A DNA stretch of 62,209 nucleotides, filler included. It is 13 parts of 13 records of this genome, joined end to end, with 100 filler letters (N's around TTAATTAATTAA, not from the genome) between each part and the next. Parts side by side here need not be neighbours in the genome. Positions count along the whole stretch, not along the records: positions 34,069 to 37,957 come from SRR15195285_6537; positions 38,058 to 42,182 come from SRR15195285_6540; positions 42,283 to 45,962 come from SRR15195285_6542; positions 46,063 to 53,169 come from SRR15195285_6545; 9 more parts are not named here. The stretch is one strand, 5' to 3'. The notes beneath the pieces are model-generated. The model worked only from the letters and a program-made list of their open reading frames with translations. It did not search any database and was not told the DNA's origin. The translations under genes and the position numbers were made by a program. This document shows, in pieces, positions 34,441-46,627 of this stretch (position 1 is its first letter; the number at the start of each line of letters is the position of its first letter).

Positions 34441-37256
34441 GCGTGTGGCTGATCACAGCAAATGAGGCAGTCGGCACCGCGACAGCCGTGTTCTTGCTAG
34501 GTATTGTTCTGATGTTCTGCTCGTCTACGGGACTGCTCGGGCTGGTCCGTAGGTCTTGGGCTATTCTGGGTATGCTGGTGGTGGTTCTGCTGGCTGTGCT
34601 GTTCGCTCTGTTCGGCGTCATGACCATATGTTTCGTGCTTGGCTATCGCATGCCAAGTCTACGTGATATTGTGACCGATAGCTGGCAGAAGGGCTGCGTG
34701 GACCCTGCCTTGGACACGCAGGGCTGCATGCAGGTCGAGTTGATAGCCCAAAACTGGTGCTGGGACCATGCCGGACTCGCAGTGCCAGCCCCTGGTGGCG
34801 AGGGAGCTGACATGTTCGAGGCAGGTGACACAGACCCGCTATGCGCTAAGAATCCTGAAGAAAACACTGAGACCGATGATGCTTCTCAAAGAACGCACGC
34901 GTGCTCTGTTGCTTGCCAGTTAGCCATGGTGGCCACACTAGAGGATAAGATGGGCTGGATAGCAATTGGCTGCTACATTGCGTTCTTCGTCCTCGTCTTC
35001 GTGGTCATGTGGAACTCCCAAACACATCACGGGCTATGGTGCATAAAGGCCTCTCCTCACGACGATGACGACGAAAATACTGTGATGAGTATCCCTCCGT
35101 TGATGGCCTACGGCGCCTACTTCTTGAATGGCGTCCTCGGAATCGCTGGAGTGTCGCTCGCTGTCTCTGCTGGGGTGATGCTCACATCGCCAACATCGTT
35201 CACCGCTGCTTTCGCAATATTCCTCGGCCTGTATTACTTCGTTCTTTCCGCAGTTTCGTGCGGCGCGGTGGCCAAAAATCTGCACTGGCTTCTGCGGGTG
35301 TGCAACATCTTATACTTCGCCAGCTGTCTCCCGCTTCTCATACTCTCGTTAGTCGCGGCAGTATACAGCGGCAAGATTGAGAACGTTTACGACAGCTACG
35401 ATGACAATTGGTGCAAGGTTCGAAACGATCTCGACATACTCAATCCTGATTACTGCATGGCTGGCCAGTCAAAACTGAGCGATGCGGCCTGCAAGGCCAA
35501 AATTGTCGAGGACACGTCCGCGCACTTGCGATTGGTCGGATACGCATGCCTCTTCTCTTTGTTGGCAGTCTCGTTGTTGATCTGGTTCTCAATGCGGCTT
35601 TCGCGCAAGTTCAAGTTCGACGCCCGCGACACCGTTGAAGGTTCAAGCGATGACGTCGAGTACTACGAAGACGACGACAAGGGCGGCGACGATGATGCGG
35701 GCGACGCGGGTGAGGCTGATGGTGGAAAGGGAATCAAGGATCCTGTGCAGATGGGCCTGCTGGGAGCTCCAGTGTTCTTCTCGCTGGTGGCTATCGGGCT
35801 CGTGTTTGGCCTTGGCGGTGACGCACTGACTGCTCCTACAGATTGTGACGACCTTCGTGGAGTCACCGGCAAGTTCAACGGCACCGGGGTCTGGGGCGAG
35901 ATTCGCTTCACCCAGAAAGCAAGGGAGGATGGCGTTGCCCTGGAGATTGAGTACCAGGCAGATGAATCGGTATACACCACAGAGATCCTTCAGTCGGCGA
36001 TCACCCATTACGAGATCCACGAATTCCCAGTGCCGGAGGACGGCGACTGCTCCCAGCTGGGCGGCATTTTCCCATCCGACCAAGCAGGCAAATTCGGGGA
36101 ACAGATCGGGGCGATGACTGCTGATCTGAACAGCCCGCTGGTTGAGTTACTTGTCGAGACAACTGGTCTAGAGCAGCTCTATTATGACGGCGAGATTCCA
36201 GAGCCAGTGAACTGGGTTGACGGCGGGGCTTCAGAGCCAGCTGTGCAACTATTTGGTGAGCGCGCTATCACGGGGCGCTCTGTCTTGCTGACGGGCCCAG
36301 GGATGTGCGTTCCCACAGACGCGCAGACGGACGCTGCTGTGTGCAATGAGCTATATGTCGCAGCCAACAGCGACGCTGCCAACAGAGCTGCTTGCGAGGA
36401 TGCACAATGCTTCTACATCCCCACGAATGTTGCCTGTGGTGATATCACAGCTCCGGGCATGCAGGTAGCCACTGCGAACTTCACCGACGCTTCTGGATTC
36501 TTGGATAGCAAAATCCGAGGCAGCTTTAGGTTCTCACAGGTAACAGTGCGAGGATCTGAGTCGGATACGGTCGTCTACATCGAACTGGAGGCCACCGAGA
36601 ACTGGGATGAGTCCGCCTACGACGCTGCTGCCTGTGATCCGTGGTCGCCGGACTGCCCGGATGGCACACCCGAACAAAATGGTTGCGACGACACACCAGG
36701 CAAGGAGGCTGCATACCACGCGTCATGCGGCCACTCTGCCCACGTTCATTATCGTCACCTCGGCAATACCGCCCCCGCACGAACAACACCGGATGCTGCC
36801 CACTTGATGCTCATCTGCGGTTCTGCCGGCCAGCATTTCAATGGGTCCCCGGTTGACCCCACCTTTGACCCCGCGGCTTGCGGAGCATGCGAACAAACGT
36901 TTACGTTTACTGACCACTTGCCTTCGACGGCAGATGCTCCAAACCCCTACGACTGCAGGCAAACCGGTTGCGAAACGGGGGATCTTAGCGGGATGTACGG
37001 CAAGTTGAATATCGGCAAGCCAGGACAGCCGAAGAAGTATCTGTTCGTCAACAAATTCGACAGCCACTGCTTGAAGATAGCCAGCACTGGCCAGGTTGGC
37101 ACAGACGCCCTGACAAATAGAGCAGTGGTGCTGCACACGAGCCAAGGAGCCGAGGCAAGTGGCTGGCCCTTCATGGATGATCCATCTGGGAATGGCAACC
37201 GAATGGCCTGCGCCAATGTTCCTCTCAGTTCACCATTTGCAAGTACTGTAGGATAA
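34441..37256 (+). CDS. Multi-pass membrane protein: two tetraspanin-like 4-TM modules, one more TM, and two Cu-SOD-fold domains (second is Cu-only-SOD-like); 5'-truncated
   Basis: Acceptor at 34440. Two TM-TM-TM/Cys-loop/TM modules. SOD motifs GVWGEIRFTQ..IHEFPV..C..GRSVLL..VACGDI and IRGSFRFSQ..HVH..CGSAGQHFN..CETGDLSGMYG..RAVVLH..RMACANV. Confidence 0.75.
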
Positions 37257-37273
37257 TTATGTAGATGGATGAG

Positions 37274-37927
37274 TCAATCAGTGTGAGATTTGGTGCTGAA
37301 GGACAGGAATCTTGCTTTATGTTTTATTCGAATAGTCGTCACACCCGGCATCTCTTTTGCCTCCCTTCCACGCTCGTAACACCGTTGCGTGAACCTGCGA
37401 GCAAGGCATGGATCAGAGCAACCAAGATAGTGCCCTGCAGAATTGCCGTACAGCCGTATTGAAAACCTGGCATTTTGCCAGAAGCCAACGGTCGCCACCA
37501 CCACTGCTAGACCGCTGTACTCTAAATAATCAATTGTTAGTATAACTGAACGTGGGGCACACCGAGACATCGCGAGCGTCGCTCCAGCGCAGTCACCACT
37601 GTACTCCAGCAAGATCTCGAGGGCTTCAGCGGAGAGCTCGTTGCAGCCATTGGCTGCAAGGCGTGGCTCGGTCGCCACCGGCGCGAGGTCGTAGAACCGC
37701 TTCGCGCACGCCAACGCACGGTCGAACCGTTGCTCAGCTCGGCGCACTGCAGGGCCCTCAGCAGCAGTGGTCCCAACGGCTGGAACCCACGGAACGAGAG
37801 TGGTCCCGTCTGGACATCGGCTTGCCGAGGAATGATGAGGCCCGGGTGTGCTGGCAGCGAGGTATGGTACTTGCACTTCCAAGCATTTCTCAGTGCAAAA
37901 CTGATACCCTTCCTGGATTCTGACCAA
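37274..37927 (-). CDS. 3' fragment of a protein, possibly ELM2-like
   Basis: Pattern RI..GYQ..VP..LVPWVP..AEALEILLEYSGD..A resembles ELM2; probable intron about 37526-37560; truncated by the linker. Confidence 0.3.
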   Translation of the reverse strand: MVRIQEGYQFCTEKCLEVQVPYLAASTPGPHHSSASRCPDGTTLVPWVPAVGTTAAEGPAVRRAEQRFDRALACAKRFYDLAPVATEPRLAANGCNELSAEALEILLEYSGDCAGATLAMSRCAPRSVILTIDYLEYSGLAVVVATVGFWQNARFSIRLYGNSAGHYLGCSDPCLARRFTQRCYERGREAKEMPGVTTIRIKHKARFLSFSTKSHTD

Positions 37928-38166
37928 GGAGTTTAGTCAATATCGGAAAAATATGAGNNNNNNNNNNNNNNNNNNNNNNNNNNNNNNNNNNNNNNNNNNN
38001 NTTAATTAATTAANNNNNNNNNNNNNNNNNNNNNNNNNNNNNNNNNNNNNNNNNNNNGCTAGCACGCCTGTGGGGGCTCGGAAGACCCTGTGGGTTGTGG
38101 CTACCGTGGACGCCGGCACGCCGCGCGCGGCGACGCGGCGGACTCCCCCTCGCGATAGAGATCTGG

Positions 38167-39585
38167 ATGGCTGCGCCCTTGGACGGCCACCGCGCGGGAG
38201 AACGATCGTCGCGCCTGTGGTGCGTGCTACGCGGTCTAATCAACGCGGGCTCAGCACCCACAGCAGACGCAGTGAGCTCAGTATCGTCATCCGCGCATGT
38301 GCTCAACTTCGGACACGAAAAACCCTTCGGCCAACAGTACCATGACAATATGAGAGACATCATGGAGCGCATCGGCGAGGATTCTGTCGATGCGATCAGT
38401 GCAGCCGCGACTGCCGCGGCACGGGCGTTGCAGACTGGGCACGAGGTGTACGTGAATCTGGTGGTCGGGCACATCCCGGGTACCGAGACGGCGAACGACA
38501 GAAATGGAAACCCTGCGCTGTTCCGCCACACAGCTTCGGACTGGTGGTCGGCTGAGGAATACGAGGCGATGGGTGAGGGCGATGTGCTGATTACGCAGCA
38601 CATGAACGAAAGTGTCACCGCAGCCAAGACGCGAGGGGTGCTCGTTGTTGCCGTTAAGACGCCATATATCAACAATCGCAGTGCTCCGCCTGGAGAAATA
38701 ATGCCAATCACTGGGCCATGGGAAGCAGAGGTGATGCCGGAGGACGTTGCAGATTTTCTCATTGAGTCCTATCTACCATGGGAACAAGGTCTCGTACATG
38801 TGCCAAGTTGGCCATGGTTTCCAGTCCTCGCTTCCTCGGGCAATGGCTCCAGCATGATCCACTGGATGATCACTGCTGAGGTCTGCCGGCATCTCGGCTC
38901 CGTTGCGTGCCCTCACCCAGCGGCGAGCTACGCGAGCACGCTTTTAAAGGAACTTGAAGACACTCACACCATATGCTGGCCTATCATCCGAGACACTCTC
39001 TCTGCGGAGATTGCCGAGCGCATCATCAGGGGCGGCCATTACTTCGTTGCTCCTGCAAACATTTATGAAGGCAACGTGAGCAATTCTCATCCCGCTCGAG
39101 ATGGTGGTCTTGCGAGCGAGGCCCACTGCGCGTGTTCGCTGAGGCTGCCAAACAGGCACGAGCCACGGGAGATAGATGCCGGCGGAGCGGATGATATTAC
39201 TCTGGTTGGAGTGGTTGATAGTGGCGTGTTCCATCCAGGCTGTGCTGAAGTTGAGCTCCGTTGGGTAGCCGAAGCACACGCACGGGGCAACTTCGTAATT
39301 GGGATCGGGCCGACTGGGCACGATCGGCTCAGGGAGGCATGCGATGCTTACCTGCCCACAGCTTGTGCGGAGGGTGGAGTGATCGAAACGCAGGCCGAAA
39401 CACAGGCAATTTGTCCCACCGGTGGGATCATCAACAATATCCTGATGCAGATGCTACACGCACAGTTTGCTGAGGAGATGATTCGGCGTGGACAGTATCC
39501 GCTGTGGCAAATGGGAGTTTATCGCAGAGATGGCCGCGAGTTCAATGCCCGGAACGACAAGCTTTTTTTGCGTAGAGGCTTCTGA
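38167..39585 (+). CDS. Intronless bacterial-type protein with two tandem SIS-like domains
   Basis: Two repeats of the pattern Y..l..I..AA..A..l..G..V / GDV(I)L / A.xRG..V(I)A(G)V(I) / AD..I / P.SG(G)..N..W(M). Possible N-terminal targeting peptide. Confidence 0.55.
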   Translation: MAAPLDGHRAGERSSRLWCVLRGLINAGSAPTADAVSSVSSSAHVLNFGHEKPFGQQYHDNMRDIMERIGEDSVDAISAAATAAARALQTGHEVYVNLVVGHIPGTETANDRNGNPALFRHTASDWWSAEEYEAMGEGDVLITQHMNESVTAAKTRGVLVVAVKTPYINNRSAPPGEIMPITGPWEAEVMPEDVADFLIESYLPWEQGLVHVPSWPWFPVLASSGNGSSMIHWMITAEVCRHLGSVACPHPAASYASTLLKELEDTHTICWPIIRDTLSAEIAERIIRGGHYFVAPANIYEGNVSNSHPARDGGLASEAHCACSLRLPNRHEPREIDAGGADDITLVGVVDSGVFHPGCAEVELRWVAEAHARGNFVIGIGPTGHDRLREACDAYLPTACAEGGVIETQAETQAICPTGGIINNILMQMLHAQFAEEMIRRGQYPLWQMGVYRRDGREFNARNDKLFLRRGF

Positions 39586-39746
39586 ACGGACAAGAATGCC
39601 ATGCTAGCAGGCGCGCAAACGAACTGGGTGAGTGTCATTCATGAGAAGCGCTTCGCTATGCAACACCGCATTCTCTTCTGCAAACGTGGTCGCTCGAATC
39701 AGTGCATTCCAAACCGCGCGGTTAGAATGCAATCATGATTCCTTTG

Positions 39747-41538
39747 CTAAACAATCCTGAGAGGGGCTACAACTGTCCCGTCGGCTGCGTATACATTCAT
39801 GCTTCGATCGGGTGCCCCAACAACCTTTGCAGCAACGACGCGCGCCCGCTGCCCAGTCCACTGACTGGCCACTGCACGGCCTGCGACCGGGTTATCCCGA
39901 GCCCCGCCTGTTGCCACCGCGGTGAGATCCTCATCGCGGGCTGATGCCAAGCGATTAGCTGCGGTAATTTCGTCGTCGTCCAACCTCACGAATGCGCTCC
40001 ACCCTCCTCGCTGCCCAAGGATCGAAGGAGGCGGTGTTCGGCCGATGAACTCTTGGAGCCGACGGAGGAAGGGTACCTCACCGCCGTCGCGTCCCCTGAC
40101 AGCCCGAAGGCGCTTCTCCCTGGGACATGCGATACAGCGGAGACTTGAAGGCAAAGAATGCGCATCTTGGCGAAGACAGCAATGCAGCGGAAGAAACAGG
40201 TGCAAACGAGCGTCACAGAAAGATGTGACAAAACAAACAACGCTCACCATTCTGCATCCGAGACAAGCGTGTGTAGATTCCCCTTGTGGTGTCTTTTGGC
40301 GCTCTGTTGGAGCCAAGCTTTGCGTGAAATGTTGCGCGAGACTAGGGTGGAGGCCTGCCACGCAAAAGCTGTCCACATCGGCAGTATGGCCAACAACAGT
40401 ATCACGATCACAACAGCCACCGACTCTGCGCTAGTGATCGGCATTTTTTCATTTAGTACCGATGCCTCGTTGAGCAAAAAGTTGATGCAACAGAAAGAGG
40501 CACCAGCTGCTACCAGAAGCATGACAATTCCACCGCATAGGTTTATCCGATCCATATGGCCGAGCCACACTGCACCTATCAGACGAAGAAGGTGCGAGAT
40601 GACGTTGAAAGAACACCAGAGTGCCAGCAGGCCTCCCAAAATTCCGTAACCGAGAGCCGGGTGCGCGAGAACGGTGCAGAACAAGCGGTCAAGCGGAAAG
40701 CGCAGCCTCATGAAAATGTAGTCAAAGTGCCCTGAGAGCAAAGCCAAGATTGACATGACAATACCGTGTGCAGCGCCACTATAAGCGGCCGGCCGCAGCA
40801 ACTCGGTATGTGGCGTCGGCCCGAGCACGACAGCAGCGCACTGCACGGTGGCGAAGCTGCCACATATGACGCCGTGGTAAAGAAGCAAAAGAAAATCCGC
40901 GTGGTTGCGCTCACCGATGCAGGTACCAAGCCAGAAGCAGTGGTGATCAAACCCAACAATGCATGCGTCGCACGTCGAGCAATGCGAGGCGCAGCTGGGG
41001 CGCACTACACAGCACGTCGAGCATATCCGAGCGCCAGCGGTAGTCTGGCAGCAGTGTATCAGCTGCTCCACCTGGTCGCTAAGGCGCGGACACTGGGTCA
41101 CCTGCCAGGCACGTGGTAGGATGCCGGGATCGCGGCAGGTGATTCGCACCGTCAGCGCCAGCGCCGTCGCCCATAGCACTAGCGTTGCACAGCGCGCGAC
41201 TGGCCCAGACGCGACGTGGGTGTGGAACGCAAATACCAGCGCGCTGCCAACCATCGCAAGAGCAACTGGGACCTCTCGGCTCCCAAGAGACAGTCCGTCC
41301 GCCTGGTCCTCGTCGCCCGGGCCAGTTTCGGGCTGGTTTCCGCCTGTACTCCTCGTCATACCGCAGCACGGCTCAAACAGGGACGGCCCGACAAAGAGAT
41401 ACCCTCTGCAGCCAACCGTGTGCCGACTTGGCTGAACGTCAGACATTCGGACATGCTGCATTCCCGCACGCAACGCTCCTCCTGCCACAGCGCTACCGGA
41501 ACCGCCGAACACTCTGTTGCTCACGTCTCAGGGTGCAT
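39747..41538 (-). CDS. DHHC-type protein S-acyltransferase (about 3 exons; start uncertain)
   Basis: DPGILPR, CSTCCVVRPSCASHCSTCDACIVGFDHHCFWLGTCIGERNH, several TM helices. Confidence 0.9.
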
Positions 41539-42829
41539 ATTATACAGCCGCTGCGCGTAGCGAGCGCTCCTACCGGCATAGCTAGCGAGGAAGTTTCGCG
41601 ACGCGGGCGTATGCGTGCTTCCGGCGCGCCGCGCGGCGCGCGGCGGCGCGCGCGCGCGCTCGGCGCCAGCCGCCACAGCGATTACCGTAAGTACAATGTC
41701 TCAATGCGATTTGATCGGTCCTGGGGACATTTTGATTTCGAATGAAATGTACAGTGGTTTGGGTTGACCGCATCTATACTTTTCGAAACGGAAATTATGC
41801 TTTATGTCGGACCCCCGTTATATCGGTATTTTAAAGGGCGGTGCGCTACCTATTTGTATACATTTGAATTCTATTTGTGTCTATTTTAGAAGCGCCCTGG
41901 TTCCAGGGGTTTGAGACTGTGAATTGACAAGGTGTTCTGTTCCGTCAGAAAATCTTGCGCGCTGAATGCTTAGACGTGCTAGAATCTGACGGGCCTAGGG
42001 ATTAGGCCAGAGGAATGCGAGTGAAGACCAGCGGTATGCCTAAGACGCACGCGTTGAATGCAAGCCGATCGGCTGGGACACCGTGGCCCGTTGATCGCGC
42101 ACAGAACCATTCCAAGCTCGAGCGGTTTAGCCGCACGATACTGACCCATCCCTACCCAAGCGCCGGAAGTCCATCTTTAATANNNNNNNNNNNNNNNNNN
42201 NNNNNNNNNNNNNNNNNNNNNNNNNNTTAATTAATTAANNNNNNNNNNNNNNNNNNNNNNNNNNNNNNNNNNNNNNNNNNNNTGAATTTGCGTACTGTAC
42301 TACGTACTGATGGAATTGTCCATGTAAATGCTGCGAGCTCGGACGAGATTGCACTAGCCGCATTTTTCAATCCGACGACTCAGCAGCTGAACACTACTTT
42401 CATGCTGTCACTGTAAGTACTACGCGGGTGTCGCGCCGACCGACGTCGTCAATATCACGCGCTCAGAGCCGGCGGGTGCACGCCTTGCGGCTAAACCGGA
42501 GACGACTTCTCGTGGCATGTTGAGCAACGCCAATTTCCGTTCGCGGGTGGCGCTTGAGGTGGTAGTGCCTGCGGGTGGCTATGCCATGTTCTCAGTTCGA
42601 AGGCACTAGCGCGTGGTATGCGAACAACACAGATCACGATGAGATGAAATGTTGCCATTGTATTGTAAGACAGGCGAGTTTTTGAACACGAGTTCATCTC
42701 AGGCCAGTTCCTTTTTTCTTAGCTTGATCGCCGCGAGATCATCATTGTAGACAATCATGATTGTATCCATCGTGGTATGACAACAATGCATCCAATGCAT
42801 CGACGGTAGCGTCGAACTCTTAGCACTCT

Positions 42830-45800
42830 TCACTCCCAGCATGCTCCGCGCACTACTGCATGCGGCTCCATCTTCACCCTGAAGCGGAAGAAGGCGTCAT
42901 CGTCGTTCCACCACGGTGCGCTGCAGTCCCAACCGGCATTGTTGTGCAAGTTGAAGTGCATACCACCGTCCATATTTGGCATTGAATTGTCAAAATTTAT
43001 CAAGTGTGCTGTATCACCGGGTGCTACAAATGGAGTGTCGACTGTCTCGATCACCATTCGTGGAAAGGAAACCGAACGGTTTGCATCTACAGGCCCTTCG
43101 TAGCACGCTCCACGATGAACAGCGTGAAAATGACGACTGCCATTGAATGCGACTGACATTGGGTCCAACGGATTGCCAAGGACATCTAACATCCACCCAT
43201 TTGAGGGCGCGCTCGTCGACGGAGGCAGAGATGGATCGAAGGACAGCCACGAAGACTCAGCAAGCCGCGTTGCGGTCTTGCCTTTCCAACTCAGTGTCAG
43301 TTCTATCTCATCCTGCGCAAGAAAATGCTGTCATACATCGCATAAACCAAGAGCAAGCAGCAGAAACTACACAGTAGTAGAAAAGACATTCGGGCATAAG
43401 GCAGATAGAACGCAACACGTACCACGCCTGGCTGCTCATTCTCAAGTGCGGTAACATTGAGCGAAATTTCACGCATGCCGCCAAAGAGTTTCACTGCGTC
43501 CGAGGGCAACGCAAGCTGCAAGAGCATTGTCTTTCCACTGCTACTCTCCCCTTTCCAAGCCTTGCTCAGGTTGACATTCCACATGCGGGATATAGACTCG
43601 AGAGGCAAGTGCGACATAGCAGGATCCGTGCGGATAGCATCGTCCATGCCAGGTTTGTTCCAGCAAGCACCACTGTAGTCGTTGCTGCGATTTGCATGCT
43701 CTGGGTATACACCAGCGTAGTCCGGTGTGAATTGCGCGACAAAGCGATCAATGTCGTGTTCCTGGGTGTAAGTTCGATACACAAACTGGCCCAGCCGTTT
43801 GTTGTTCCCAACCCATTTGTGCTCTGTAGCTGAAGCAACGCTTTGAACGAGCGAGGATATCGCGCCGGTTGTCTTGTCGAACTCCAGACGCAGCCTCGAT
43901 GTCTGCAAAATCAACGAGCTAGGATCGAAAATGTCGAGTGGCAATAGCCTGTCTGTGTGACCTGCGATCAGGGACGCTATCGATGGCACGACGCTCAAAT
44001 CAGCGATGGTCTTATTTACTTGCTCAGCGAAGGCAACGTAGTCGCCAGCGGACTTGTCAATCGCACTTTTGCCAGGAACTGCAGGCAGAGGGTACAAAAA
44101 ACTGTTTCGCTCTCTCGCAAATTCAGCAAGTCCATCGTAGCCGTCACAGTTTCCTCCAAACGTCGCGCAACCGGTGCTCCCATAATCACCACCGCTGGCA
44201 AGCTTTCTGTGGAAGCACCCGTTGGTCCAACAGCTTTGGTGGTCCGTCCTGTTAATCACCTTGGAGACAGACATCCCAAAGTTGTGCTCAATCGGTATGA
44301 GCAATCGTGACTGGTAGCGCAGCAAATCCGGGTCGTGAGCCTGAATCTTTCCGTTGGTGATCCATTCGTTGCGCATCCGCGACACTGCTCGAATAATTCG
44401 CAGTCGCCACGGATCCGTGGCCATCTGTGGCAGCCAGGCATTGCCGATCTCTTGAGAAACAATTGGCAGCCTGTCTCTGTTCTTATACAGCTCCATTGCG
44501 AATTCGTCAAGCGTGCTTGCCTTCAACTTCGCGTTCGGAAACTGCCTATGAGCACTGTAGTTCCAGCATGCCTGCACCATCTCAGCCGTTGGTGGTTGCT
44601 CATTGTCACCAGTAAATTGCCAGCGGAGCGCTGAACGGATGCCAAAACCACGTGGAAGCACTACGTGTCTTCCATATCCCTGCTCGTTCATTACAATTAC
44701 TTCATCGCTAGTTGCAGGATGGCGCCAGCGAAACACGGGAGGCAAATTGTGTTGGTCTGGGAACGAGGGGAAGACTTGATTACCTTGCCCATTCGTACCG
44801 ATGTGCAAAGCTTTTACACCTGCCTGCGCGAGCAGTGGGACAATGCCAATGGAGACTCCAGGCAGGTCGGTCATCTTGCCTGCGACCGTGCCGTGGTTCA
44901 CACCAAACTGTCCATTCAGCCGCTTCGCAATGTTCAGGCTATCCGAATACATTGTCGGATCAGCGAGTTCGTGAATGACGGTGAACGGCTTCGCGTGCCA
45001 AGCAATCGTGCCACCTTTAATCCCTTTCTCGACAGCCGCCAGAAAACTTGTGTTGCGGTTCGAAGACCCGCAGGAAGCACTGTAGTTGAAATACTCCTGC
45101 ACGATCCACGGGTGGGTGGAATACACAAACTCTGGGCGAGTTGAGTGCGCAATGTGGGCGGGGTAGCACCAGCCGTTGCTGCGGTTCGAATACAGCTTGG
45201 CGTCCACACAGCAACCAACGGCCTCACACTGAGTGTCGTTGAATCCTTGCCGCCATCTTGGACAGTCGTAGTCACCAGGCGCAGTTGAACGCGCGTGTCC
45301 AGGAAAACATTTGTCTCGGGGAGGTGGAGACGGCGGGGCATTGCGAAGCTCCTGCGCAACGGCCAGTGCCGCAGCTAGATATCCACCGTTCGCCTGACCA
45401 CGGGATCCAGTGTAAGAGTCACATACGTCTCGAGTGTACTTTCCGCTGTTCTCCTGCGTCGTCTCACCCGGATCGCCATCGCGCGCTACGGACGGGGGTC
45501 CCCAGCCAGCAGCGTCATAGTGCGTCATGCTGACGACGTGCACAGTCTCGATCCAACCAAACACCTCGCTGCATCAGCACCAGGTGGCAGCAAGTGATCA
45601 GGCAGTATAGTAGCAGTAGCACTTGACGGCAGCTTCTACACCTGTAGGTCCGGTAGTCATAATGGGTGGGCACGGAGTCTCACGGTGCGTAGTATCGCAC
45701 AGGTGTCCAGCACACGTCCCCCTCACTGTTGCTCGCTGTTCGCAGAGAGGGGTTGTGTGGATCGTCGTGAGCCCACACGCACGGGGTTTGCGACAGCGAG

Positions 45801-45835
45801 AGCAAAAGCAGATGAGACAGCCGCCCGCCTGCCAT
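42830..45835 (-). CDS. Secreted DUF5054 / GH38-like glycoside hydrolase with inserted trefoil (P-type) module; multi-exon
   Basis: VHVVSMTHYD, IAWHAKPF, MTDLPG..IVPLL..GVKALHIGTN, PPVFRW, DNEQPP, ASTLDEF, LPIVSQEIG..W, KTATRLAES.WLSF, GSRHFHAV, FNLHNN. Signal-like first exon MAGGRLSHLLLLSL. Trefoil DC..G..C...GCC.D..WCY. Confidence 0.8.
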
Positions 45836-46097
45836 CCACCACGCAGTTGTCGGCAGCAGGCGTTCAACAACGAAGTGATTTTCCGCCGCGAACGGTTGCG
45901 CTATTTTTCCCACGTTGCAACGTCGCCAGCGAGACGCGTCGATCAGACTGCAGTGCCCAGATNNNNNNNNNNNNNNNNNNNNNNNNNNNNNNNNNNNNNN
46001 NNNNNNTTAATTAATTAANNNNNNNNNNNNNNNNNNNNNNNNNNNNNNNNNNNNNNNNNNNNAGAGACCTAGGTGACGCGCCTACCTGTCTATTGTG

Positions 46098-46627
46098 CTA
46101 CATCCCTGCCGAGCTGTCTGGGTCGTAGGGCTTACCCTGGTGCCCAATTTCGCAAAATTCGAACCACTTGTTTAGCCACCACTCGTACTTGCGGCGCGTG
46201 TTTTCATTCCTCGCTTCTGACAGCAGCTCTCGGGCCCCAGCGCTGCCCATCCTCTCGCCTCCTGCCACTTGCCGCAGCGTAAGCGGCTCCGGTGCGAAAG
46301 AACGTTTCAGCCACGTGCTGGCACGTGCACCAGCCACAGAGCCCAAGCGTGGTTGCGCAATGGCTCTGGGACCTTGTCGGTCATGTCCAGCATTGCGCCT
46401 GGGATGAAACTGTCGTCGGATAGACAAAGTTCTGGGACGCGTGGGTCGTGTAGGACGAGATAATCGTCCATCAGACGTACCAGTGCCGGCCACCAGGTCG
46501 CTCCGGGCCAGTGTGGCACTAGACATACCGCCTCGGCCGCGGGCTCGCAAGCCAGCTTGTAAAAGACCTTGCCGAGCTGGCTCCAAGGCGCGTTGATGTA
46601 GTTGCGCTCTCCTCCCCACGTCTGAAG
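46098..46627 (-). mobile_element. DIRS-like (tyrosine-recombinase retrotransposon) fragment: end of the Dam-like methyltransferase domain and start of the YR ORF
   Basis: LQTWGGERNYINAPWSQLGKVFYKL..AVCLVPHWPGATWWPAL matches the DIRS MT consensus (W..E..y.NPPW..VL.K..L(I)VP.WP...WWP.L). It is followed by ARNENTRRKYEWWLNKWFEFC..PYDP, typical of the YR N-terminal domain; truncated at both ends. Confidence 0.75.
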
